From Chloroflexota bacterium (GTDB taxonomy: Bacteria > Chloroflexota > UBA11872 > VXOZ01): 64,000 nt of DNA. Location of the stretch: NCBI GenBank assembly GCA_963662335.2, contig CAXXVD010000002.1:32001-96000 (forward strand). The letters are read 5' to 3'. Positions 21,206-29,262 of this stretch are shown here, one piece after another (position 1 is the stretch's first letter; the number at the start of each line of letters is the position of its first letter). Below the pieces are notes generated by a model. That model did no database searches. It was not told where the DNA came from and worked only from the letters and a program-made list of their open reading frames with translations. The translations under genes and the position numbers were made by a program.

Positions 21206-22643
21206 TATTTCCAATACCCTTGGCGGCCAACGAGAGCCGTTCACGCCCCTGGACGGCAAGCGCGTCAAGATGTACGTCTGTGGCATGACGCCCAAGCGCG
21301 AACCGCACATTGGCCACGCCCGCCTCTTCGTCGCCATGGACATGATCCGCCGATACCTCTCCTACCGCGGCTACGAAGTCCACCACGTGCAGAACATCAC
21401 CGACGTGGACGATAAGATCATCGATGCGGCGGAACGCGAGGGCGTGACGCCGGCTGAAGTGGCGCAGATGTACACCGACGCCTACGACGCGGTGATGGGC
21501 AACCTGAACGTCCTGCGCGCGCACGAAGTGCCCAAGGTTACCGAGACCCTGCCGCAGATCATTGCGATGATCGAAGGCTTGATCGAAAAAGGCGCGGCGT
21601 ACGCGGCGGCAGAGGCGGTCTACTTCTCGGTGCCGCGTTTCGCCGCCTACGGCGCGCTCTCCACCCGCACCGAGGAGAGCGGCGTCCAAGCCGGGGCCTC
21701 CGGGCGCGTGGACGATGAGCCGGGCAAGCGCGACCCCCGCGACTTCGCCCTCTGGAAACCGGCCAAGCCGGGTGAACCCTGGTGGCAAAGCCCCTGGGGG
21801 CAGGGACGCCCCGGCTGGCACATCGAGTGCAGCACGATGATCTACGAGACGCTGGGCGCGCAGATCGACATTCACGGCGGCGGCGCCGACCTCATCTTTC
21901 CCCACCATGAGAACGAGATCGCCCAGAGCGAGGCCTTTACGGGCAAACGTCCCTTCACGAAATACTGGCTGCACACCGGCCTGCTGACCATCGACGGCCA
22001 GAAGATGGCCCATTCCCTGGGCAACTTCATCACGATCGAAGACATTCTGGAAGAATACAGCGGCCCGGCGCTGCGGCTCTACCTGCTCTCCGTGCACTAC
22101 CGCTCACCCCTGACCTACACACCGGAGAGTCTGGAACAGGCGCGGGCGGGCCTGGCGCGGCTGACCGGCGCGCTGCGGGTAGAAGCGGACGGCGACGCCA
22201 GGGAGGCAGATCAAGACCGGGTCGGCGACGCCATAGATGAGAGCGCGGACGCCGTACTCGCGCACGCGGCCTACCAGGCGGAAACCGGCTTCTTCAGCGC
22301 CATGGATAGCGACTTCAATTCGGCCGGCGCGCTCGGCCACCTCTACCAACTGGTGCGCGAAATCAACCGCGTGGGGCCGGCCGCCGAGCCGGAGATTCTG
22401 TATCAGGCCCAGCAAACGTTGGTACGCCTGGCCGACGTCCTGGGCATCGACCTGCAAGAGACGCTGGAAGAGGAGATGCAAACCGACGCCGCCGAGTTCA
22501 TCGATCTGCTCGTGGAACTGCGCGCCGACCTGCGCCAGGAGAAGCAGTTCGCGCTGGCGGACAAGGTGCGCGATCAGTTGGCGGCGCTCGGCATTGCCCT
22601 GGAGGATTCGCCCGGCGGCACGGTCTGGCGGCGGAAGGCGTAG
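21195..22643 (+). CDS. cysS: Cysteine--tRNA ligase
   Basis: [37 protein letters not shown]; KMSKS loop reads KMAHS. Confidence 0.96.
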   Translation: MTLSISNTLGGQREPFTPLDGKRVKMYVCGMTPKREPHIGHARLFVAMDMIRRYLSYRGYEVHHVQNITDVDDKIIDAAEREGVTPAEVAQMYTDAYDAVMGNLNVLRAHEVPKVTETLPQIIAMIEGLIEKGAAYAAAEAVYFSVPRFAAYGALSTRTEESGVQAGASGRVDDEPGKRDPRDFALWKPAKPGEPWWQSPWGQGRPGWHIECSTMIYETLGAQIDIHGGGADLIFPHHENEIAQSEAFTGKRPFTKYWLHTGLLTIDGQKMAHSLGNFITIEDILEEYSGPALRLYLLSVHYRSPLTYTPESLEQARAGLARLTGALRVEADGDAREADQDRVGDAIDESADAVLAHAAYQAETGFFSAMDSDFNSAGALGHLYQLVREINRVGPAAEPEILYQAQQTLVRLADVLGIDLQETLEEEMQTDAAEFIDLLVELRADLRQEKQFALADKVRDQLAALGIALEDSPGGTVWRRKA

Positions 22644-22654
22644 CCGGTGGTCAA

Positions 22655-22825
22655 CCCCTCTCCCTGGGAGAAGGGGCAATGTAGAGAACCCCCGTAGTGC
22701 AATGAACCCCGGCGTAGGGGCACAACATGTTGTGCCCCTACGCCGTTTGGCGCGCTGTGCTCCGGCCGCGGGCAGCGGCGATGAATGGCGATGCCGCTCA
22801 CGCTTCGACAGGCTCAGCGCGATCG
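22655..22825. repeat. REP-like cluster between convergent cysS and pafA
   Basis: CCCTCTCCCTGGGAGAAGGGG, CGTAGGGGCACAACATGTTGTGCCCCTACG, CGCTTCGACAGGCTCAGCGCG. Confidence 0.75.
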
Positions 22826-22918
22826 GCATCCGCTCGGCGACGAGCTTTGCGCGAACAGCATCCGCCCGCTTACAGATTCAACACGAACCGCGTCCACCTA
22901 TGGACGGCCTTCAGGCGG

Positions 22919-24418
22919 CTACTCTTCATCGAATATCCCTTCCAGACCCTCCCCAAAGATCTGCGCCTCCTCGTCGTACGTCGCAAAGGGATCCGGCATC
23001 TCCAGCACGCGGCCGCGCACGGCAATGGCTTTCCAATCCAGCACGTAGGGGATCACGTCCCAGCTTTCGTTCGCGGCCACGTCCTGCCAGTCATCAACGT
23101 AGTCATAGGCCAGGAAAAAATACCGGCGGTCCCACATCAGGTTTTCCAGGTTCGTGCGCAGGTCTTGCCAGGGGATGGCCGTATCCGCGCCCGCGTCGGC
23201 AAGGGCGCGCAGGGCGGCGCCGCGACCGTGGGCGCGGGTGTCGGGCGGCGCGTGCATTTCCGCCGTGTAGGCCGCGTCGCCCTCTACCCAGTAGAGACCG
23301 CGCAGGCGTTTGGCAAGCACGTCGAAGAGGCTGACCGACGGGTCGATTTGGTGATAGGAGAGGTCGAGTTTGATCAAGTCCGGGTCGGTCCAGGCCTGGT
23401 CGGAACCGGCGTAGCGCTTGAGTTGCTCGTGCTTGGTCACCCAATCCAGGTAGCCGTCCAGCCGCGCCGGGTCGCGCTCCAGCTCGTCCAGCGCCCACGC
23501 CCAATTCTCCAGCGTCCAGACCGTATCCGCGTCGCGCCCGCCAAAGCGGCGTTCGGCCTCGCGCAGGTAGCGGCGCTGCACCTCTATGGCGGGGATGTAC
23601 TCATCATCCTCCGTACCCACCGTCCACTTGCCGCCGGTGGTGCCGGCGATGCGGCGCAGATCGCGCACCGGGTCGGCGAGCGCGAGTTGCGGGCTCCAGC
23701 CTTGCTCCAGCAGTTGGGCCACCAGCGCGGTGGCGCCGATCTTCAACGCGGTGGTGAACTCGGAACGATTCACGTCGCCGACGATCACGTGCAGCCGCCG
23801 GTACTCGCGTCCGGCCAGCGGCTCGTCGCGCAGGTTGATGATGGGCCGGCCGCCGAAACGCACCCGGTGGCTCACGTCCAGGGTGACGAACTGCGCCCGC
23901 TGCGAGAGCGCAAACGCGGCCGGCGTATCCTTGCCGCGCGGCAGCAGGCAGCCGGCGCCGGTGTAGAGCTGGCGGGTGACGAGAAACGGCAACATGCCGT
24001 CCACCAGTTCGCGGTCGTAGGGGCTTTGGCGGATGCAGTAGTTCTCGTGGTAGCCGAAGGTGTGGCCGAAGTAGTCGGTGTTGTTCTTGACGAAGTAGGC
24101 CTGGGACTCAAGCCCGGCGGTGCGCACGGCTTCGTTGATGATGGCTTCGCCGGCGCGTTCGTGGGCCACGATGTCCGTGAGCGTGCGGCACTCGGCGGTG
24201 GCGTGCTCCAGGTGGCCGAGGTCGAGGTACATGCGCCCGCCGTTGAAGAGGAAGCCGCCGTTGCCCGGCGCTTCCCCCCATTCCCGGGGCGGCGGGTCGA
24301 TCAGGCCGTGGCGGCAGCCGCGGAAGATGGCGTCCTTTACCAACACCGCCGCCCGCACGGGCTGCACGCTGCCCACGCAGCCGTATTCGATCTCGGTGCC
24401 GAACAGTGCGTCATCCAT
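22919..24418 (-). CDS. pafA: Pup/UBact-type ligase (PafA family)
   Basis: GTEIEYG, NGGRMYLDLGHLEHATAEC, KNNTD...GYHENY, RDEPLA...YRRLHVIVGD, PPDTRA; no Dop loop. Confidence 0.88.
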   Translation of the reverse strand: MDDALFGTEIEYGCVGSVQPVRAAVLVKDAIFRGCRHGLIDPPPREWGEAPGNGGFLFNGGRMYLDLGHLEHATAECRTLTDIVAHERAGEAIINEAVRTAGLESQAYFVKNNTDYFGHTFGYHENYCIRQSPYDRELVDGMLPFLVTRQLYTGAGCLLPRGKDTPAAFALSQRAQFVTLDVSHRVRFGGRPIINLRDEPLAGREYRRLHVIVGDVNRSEFTTALKIGATALVAQLLEQGWSPQLALADPVRDLRRIAGTTGGKWTVGTEDDEYIPAIEVQRRYLREAERRFGGRDADTVWTLENWAWALDELERDPARLDGYLDWVTKHEQLKRYAGSDQAWTDPDLIKLDLSYHQIDPSVSLFDVLAKRLRGLYWVEGDAAYTAEMHAPPDTRAHGRGAALRALADAGADTAIPWQDLRTNLENLMWDRRYFFLAYDYVDDWQDVAANESWDVIPYVLDWKAIAVRGRVLEMPDPFATYDEEAQIFGEGLEGIFDEE

Positions 24419-24442
24419 GGCTGCCCTACCCAGGAAGCGCGC

Positions 24443-24652
24443 CTACTCGCCGCCGGGCTGCGGCGTGGGATCGGGCACTTCGCGAATGATGCGCCGGATC
24501 TCCTCGTCCAGATCGTCGGTCTCGGTCTTTTCCGGCGCTTCCGTGGGCGTTTTCGTCGGCGCTTCCGTGCCCGCCCGCGCCGGACGCAGACCGCGCCCCG
24601 CCGCGCCGGCGGCGGGTTCCGTCCGCGCTTCGTTTCCAGCATACCACGTCAC
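24443..24652 (-). CDS. Pup-like small protein modifier, 69 aa, C-terminal GGE
   Basis: GTG overlaps the dop TGA (GTGA), AAGGAGG RBS 6 nt upstream; MTWYAGNE...TETDDLDEEIRRIIREVPDPTPQPGGE; lies between dop and pafA. Confidence 0.85.
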   Translation of the reverse strand: MTWYAGNEARTEPAAGAAGRGLRPARAGTEAPTKTPTEAPEKTETDDLDEEIRRIIREVPDPTPQPGGE

Positions 24653-26208
24653 GTGCCGCCTCCTTTGTGCGTTAACCGGTGGAGTTCCTCGATCGTCTGA
24701 CACGCATCCACCATAGCCTGTTGCCGCGCCACCGTCTCGCCCCAGAGTTCGGGCAGGGCGAGGGTGAAGGACGCGCCGTTGTGTTGGAACGTAATCGACC
24801 CCCACTCCATGGCGCTGACGTGGGGCGCGAACTTGGCGAGACAGGCCGCGCGCACGCCGGCGCGGGTGTCCGCCGGCGCGGTGGTCTCGGCCCGCTCGAC
24901 GTCGTCGTCCGTGACGATACGCCGCATCCGCCCCGCGCGCGCGAGCATGTGGTAGAGGCTCACCGCCGGGTCTACCAGGTGGTAGGCCACGTCCAGCCGC
25001 AGCGCCGCCGGGTCGTCCCAATCGATGCGCTCCCCGCCGCCGATCTGGGCGAAGAGCGCCAGCTTGGCCGCCCAGTCCACGCGGTCGCGCAGTTTTGCCG
25101 CCGCGTTCGCCTCCAGCAGGTCCAGCGCCGCGCCCCACTCGTCCAGCACCCAATCGGTCTCGGCGTCGCGGCCGCGGTAGCGCAAGGCGGCTTCCCAGTA
25201 ATGGCGCTGCACGTCCACGGCGCGGACAGTCGTGCCGTCGGCCAGCGCCAGCGGCCGCGTGCATTCCAGATCGCGGGAGACCGTGCGCAGCGCGTGCACC
25301 GGGTGTTGCAGTTGCAAACGCGGGGCCGCGCCTTCCTCCACCAGGTCGAGCATCAAGGCCGTGGCCCCCACGCGCAGGGCCGTGGCGAACTCGCTGCAAT
25401 TGGCGTCGCCGATGATCACGTGCAGACGGCGGTACTTCTGCGCGTTGGCGTGGGGCTCGTCGCGGGTGTTGAAGATCGGGCGCTGGGTGGTGGTATTGAT
25501 GCCTACCTCGGTCTCGAAGAAGTCCGCCCGTTGACTGATCTGAAAACCGCCCTGGCGCCCGTTTCTCGTCTCATGCGTGGAGTGCGCTTCATAGGCAGAC
25601 TGGCTTTCGTGCGCCGCCTTGCCCGCGCCGGCGTAGATTTGGCGGGTGACGAAGAACGGGATGCAGGCGCCGATCAGGTCGTCCAGCGGCACGGCGCGGC
25701 TGACGAGATAGTTCTCGTGGCAGCCGTAACTGCGCCCGTGATAGTCAGTGTTGTTCTTGACCAGGCGCACCCGGTCGGGCTGGCCGGTGGCGGCGTTGCG
25801 CGCCTGCTGCGCCCGCCAGACCACGCGCTCGCCGGCCTTGTCGTGGGCCACCAGGTCGCGGAGGGAGAGGCAGGCGTCCGTGCAGTATTCCGGGTGGTTG
25901 TGGTCGTTGTAGAAGCGCGCGCCGTTGGCCAGCACGGTGTCGGCCAGGAGTTCCTGCCGGCTGAGGCGCTGGCTCTTGGCGGTGTTCTCCGTGCGCAGGT
26001 CGTGCGGGTCTTGATCCAGGCGCGCGACCCGCGTGCCGCGCAAGTCCAGCCGCGGGTCCTCGGCGGCGTAGTCCCAGCCGCGAAAGTTTTGCCCCGCCAG
26101 CGGCGCGCTGCGCACGAGCATCGCGGCCTCGTAGGCAAAGTCCACCGCCTGCGCGCTGTTGGCGCAAATCATGCCGTACTCGGTTTCGATGCCTACGGGT
26201 CGATTCAT
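24649..26208 (-). CDS. dop: Depupylase/deamidase Dop family
   Basis: GIETEYG, Dop loop WDYAAEDPRLDLRG, NGARFYNDHNHPEY, KNNTD...GCHENY, SQRADFFE, NTRDEPHA, RRLHVIIGDAN. Confidence 0.92.
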   Translation of the reverse strand: MNRPVGIETEYGMICANSAQAVDFAYEAAMLVRSAPLAGQNFRGWDYAAEDPRLDLRGTRVARLDQDPHDLRTENTAKSQRLSRQELLADTVLANGARFYNDHNHPEYCTDACLSLRDLVAHDKAGERVVWRAQQARNAATGQPDRVRLVKNNTDYHGRSYGCHENYLVSRAVPLDDLIGACIPFFVTRQIYAGAGKAAHESQSAYEAHSTHETRNGRQGGFQISQRADFFETEVGINTTTQRPIFNTRDEPHANAQKYRRLHVIIGDANCSEFATALRVGATALMLDLVEEGAAPRLQLQHPVHALRTVSRDLECTRPLALADGTTVRAVDVQRHYWEAALRYRGRDAETDWVLDEWGAALDLLEANAAAKLRDRVDWAAKLALFAQIGGGERIDWDDPAALRLDVAYHLVDPAVSLYHMLARAGRMRRIVTDDDVERAETTAPADTRAGVRAACLAKFAPHVSAMEWGSITFQHNGASFTLALPELWGETVARQQAMVDACQTIEELHRLTHKGGGT

Positions 26209-26210
26209 CG

Positions 26211-26264
26211 TTACCTCGCGGTACCGCGTTACCTCACGGTACCGCATTGCCTCGCGGTACCAGC
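26211..26264. repeat. Three tandem 18-bp units immediately upstream of dop
   Basis: TTACCTCGCGGTACCGCG / TTACCTCACGGTACCGCA / TTGCCTCGCGGTACCAGC. Confidence 0.9.
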
Positions 26265-26283
26265 CGAACTACACGAGGGCCTC

Positions 26284-26584
26284 CGTCATTCCCGCGCACG
26301 CGGGAATCTATCTTCGCCTTGATTGCGGAAACCCACCTTGGCCGCGCAAGCGGGATTCCACCTTTGCCGCGTTCCCGATGGATTCCCGCGTGCGCGGGAA
26401 TGACGGTCCGAAGTCGCCCCCCACTCTCAATTACACATGCGGCCTCGCCCATACTTGGGCGGCCTCGCGGAGCTTTGGCGAATCCGCCTACGCAGCGCTA
26501 TTTTCTAGTATAGCAAGCCGCAGCGCCGTTGGGTCCCCGCGCGCGGCGACACTGCGTAGGGGCACGACATGTCGTGCCCCTACG
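26284..26584. repeat. Inverted pair of ATTCCC-N8-GGGAAT repeats plus a GTAG-type REP
   Basis: CGTCATTCCCGCGCACGCGGGAATC...GATTCCCGCGTGCGCGGGAATGACG; CGTAGGGGCACGACATGTCGTGCCCCTACG. Confidence 0.8.
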
Positions 26585-26661
26585 CGTTGGACTCCAGCGC
26601 GCGCGGGCGATACGCTAGAGGGCGCGCTTCCGTGACGGTAGGCGAACCGGGAGACAACGGC

Positions 26662-27633
26662 ATGACCCTGCGCGAACTCTACGAAACGGCCATCGAAATC
26701 GGCCGCGAGGTTGATCCTCGTGGGCGCGCGGCGCTCGACCGGCAGCTTGAAGCGCGGCGGCGGGAATTCGCCACGCTGCCGGCGTGGCGCACACCCTACT
26801 ACGACCGCGAGCGCTTCACCAATCCCTACGGCGACGTGCGCATCGTGAACGGCCCGGCGGACACCGAACTCGATACCATATTGCTGGGCATAAACATCTG
26901 GACCCAGGAACTCCTGCTGGCAGACCACCTGCGGGGCAACGGCACGCGGGTCGACGCGGTGATTTCCCACCATACCAACGGCATCGGCGTGCCGACGGAC
27001 ACCCTCATCTACGACTCGGTGCCCTATCTGGTGGACCTGCTCGCAAGCGCCGGCGTAGCCCGCGCCGACGCCGAACCGCATATCGACGCTATGATGACCG
27101 AACGCTGGCTCGCCGTCGAGGACGCCAACCGCATCGGCCGGGATACGGCAAAATTGCTTGGCTTTCCCCTGGCCTGCATCCATACACCGGCGGACTTTCA
27201 CCACGGCATCGGCGTGCGCGGCGCGATTGAGGCCGCCAACGCGCGGACGGTCGGCGACGTGGTGGAGGCGCTGCTGGCGCTGCCGGAGTTTCAAGGCGCG
27301 GCGCGCATTGGCGCCATCCCGCGCATCATGGCCGGCGACGCCGCCCAACCGGCCGGCCGCATCTTCCACCAGGACGGCGGCGGCTGGCTTTTTCCGGCGG
27401 ACGTGATGCCGTTGCTCAAAGATGCCGGCGTCGGCACGTTCGTCACCATCGGCTGTTCGCCCGCCCACCAACGAAAGGCTGAGGAACTCGGCATGAACTG
27501 GGTGCGCATGCCCCACGGCGCGTGCGACAACGTGGGCCTCAACCTACTGCTCGATAAGGTGGAACAGCGCCTGGGGCCGCTGAACGTGATCGCCTGCAAC
27601 TACTTCGAGCGGATCACGCGCAATGGCAACTGA
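26662..27633 (+). CDS. NIF3-like (NGG1p-interacting factor) metalloprotein, paralog 1
   Basis: DPRG, NPYGDVRI, ISHH, CIHTPAD, HGACDNVGLN. Confidence 0.78.
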   Translation: MTLRELYETAIEIGREVDPRGRAALDRQLEARRREFATLPAWRTPYYDRERFTNPYGDVRIVNGPADTELDTILLGINIWTQELLLADHLRGNGTRVDAVISHHTNGIGVPTDTLIYDSVPYLVDLLASAGVARADAEPHIDAMMTERWLAVEDANRIGRDTAKLLGFPLACIHTPADFHHGIGVRGAIEAANARTVGDVVEALLALPEFQGAARIGAIPRIMAGDAAQPAGRIFHQDGGGWLFPADVMPLLKDAGVGTFVTIGCSPAHQRKAEELGMNWVRMPHGACDNVGLNLLLDKVEQRLGPLNVIACNYFERITRNGN

Positions 27634-27890
27634 ATCCGCCGTAGCGCGGCCTCTCCCCCTTTCTAAGCAGGCATGGGCAGTAGCGCGGGGGCTTGTCCCC
27701 CCGCTTCAGGCGCGGTGTTGCGCGATTGGGCTAACCCAATGCGCGCCAAAGATGGATGCCCGCGTTCGCGGCAATGACGGATGCTGGCGCGGCGGCTTGT
27801 CCCCCACTCTTGGGCAAGCGTTATGTCGCGCCTGCGGCCAACGAGGCCAATGAAAAGTCACCCCCACCCCGGCCCTCTCCCGCTGGGAGA

Positions 27891-28053
27891 GCTGACAGGG
27901 GTATGCAGATGTCATTCCGAGCGCAGCAAGGAATCTAAAGATGCTGACTTTGCAAGGCTGTGCTCGAGATTCCGCGAACAGGCTTCGACACTGCGCTGCG
28001 CTCCGTTCGGAACGACACGTGAAGTCGGTTATAGAATACATACCCCTATCAGC
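27891..28053 (+). mobile_element. MITE family 2 with 9-bp target duplication
   Basis: TIRs GCTGACAGGGGTATG / CATACCCCTATCAGC; GCTGGGAGA on both sides (27882-27890, 28054-28062). Confidence 0.75.
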
Positions 28054-28103
28054 GCTGGGAGAGGGGGCAATCTGGGACAGCAACGTCACGCTAGGACTGA
28101 AAT

Positions 28104-29123
28104 ATGGTAACCCTACGCGGTTTGTATGAAACGTCCATCGCGATTGGGCGCGCACTGGATCCCAGGGGCCAGGCGGCCATCGAGGGCCAACTGCGGCAGC
28201 GCCGCGACGAGTACGCCGCGCTGCCGGCCTGGGAGCAAGCGCTCTACGATCAGGAGCGCTTCCGCAACCCGTATGGCGACGTGCGCATTGCCCACGGCCC
28301 GGCGGATACGCCCATCCAAACCGCGCTGGTCGGCATCAACATCCACGTGCCGGAGATGCTGCTGGGCGCGCACTTGGCCGCCAAAGGCACGCGCATCGAC
28401 GCTTTCATTTCCCACCACACGAACAGCGTCGGCGTCTCCGCCTCGCTGGTGGCAGACTTCATGGAGATCAACGCCGACTATCTCATCTGGGAAGGTGTGC
28501 CGGAGGATGAAGCGCGGGCGTCCATCTTCGACTACATGGCGGAGCGCCTGCAAGCGCACGAGGACATGCACCGCATCGGCCCCGACACCGCCAGGCTGCT
28601 GGGCTATCCGCTGGCCTGCATCCACACGCCGGTTGACCTGGCGCACCGCCAGTACATCAACGCGCTCTTGGCACGGGGGAAGCCTGAGACCGTCGGCGAC
28701 ATCGTCGAAGTGATGCTGACGCTGCCGGAGATGCAAGAAGCCGCCCACATCGGCGCATGGCCGCGCGTCATGGTTGGCGACGCGGCGCAACCCGCCGGCC
28801 GCATCCACGCAAAATTCGCCGGCGGCTACGCCTATCCGCCCAGCGCCTATCCGCTGCTGGCGCGGGCGGGCGTGAACACCGTGGTGCAGGTCTCGGCGTC
28901 GGCGGCCACGGTGGACGCCTGCCGCGCGCACGGCATCGCCCTGGTGCGCCTGCCCCACTACGCCACCGACAATATCGGCCAGAACCTGCTGCTGGACGAA
29001 CTGATGCGCCGCCTGGCGCCGTTCAACGTGATTCCCTGCAACTACTTCGGCCGGGTGGACCGGGCGGGCGACTTGGCCAAGTTGCTGGCGGCAGGGCCGA
29101 TCATCAGGAGTCTCCGTCACTAG
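28104..29123 (+). CDS. NIF3-like metalloprotein, paralog 2
   Basis: Collinear with 26662-27633: DPRG, NPYGDVRI, ISHH, CIHTP, HYATDNIG. Confidence 0.78.
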   Translation: MVTLRGLYETSIAIGRALDPRGQAAIEGQLRQRRDEYAALPAWEQALYDQERFRNPYGDVRIAHGPADTPIQTALVGINIHVPEMLLGAHLAAKGTRIDAFISHHTNSVGVSASLVADFMEINADYLIWEGVPEDEARASIFDYMAERLQAHEDMHRIGPDTARLLGYPLACIHTPVDLAHRQYINALLARGKPETVGDIVEVMLTLPEMQEAAHIGAWPRVMVGDAAQPAGRIHAKFAGGYAYPPSAYPLLARAGVNTVVQVSASAATVDACRAHGIALVRLPHYATDNIGQNLLLDELMRRLAPFNVIPCNYFGRVDRAGDLAKLLAAGPIIRSLRH

Positions 29124-29161
29124 AGCGAAGAGAACGGGGCCCAGATTTTCTTTAGAATGCG

Positions 29162-29185
29162 AACACCCGCCAAATGGCGGGTGTT
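29162..29185. terminator. Hairpin between convergent NIF3-like gene and putP
   Basis: AACACCCGCCA-AA-TGGCGGGTGTT perfect stem. Confidence 0.55.
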
Positions 29186-29262
29186 GTGTTATCGGCAAGA
29201 GATCCGGCGCGGAGCAACGCCCGCAGTCTCACATCCATTCTTTCCCACCAGCCCGCGCGGCG

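Noticed and set aside
24337-24647. Alternative small ORFs (24337-24642, 24426-24647) between dop and pafA
   Set aside because: Arg-rich shadow composition, poorer RBS spacing, one overlaps pafA; the GGE frame fits coupling and family logic
24443-25399. 318-aa ORF containing the modifier at its end
   Set aside because: The upstream 249 codons lie out of frame within dop; the real start is most likely the GTG at 24652
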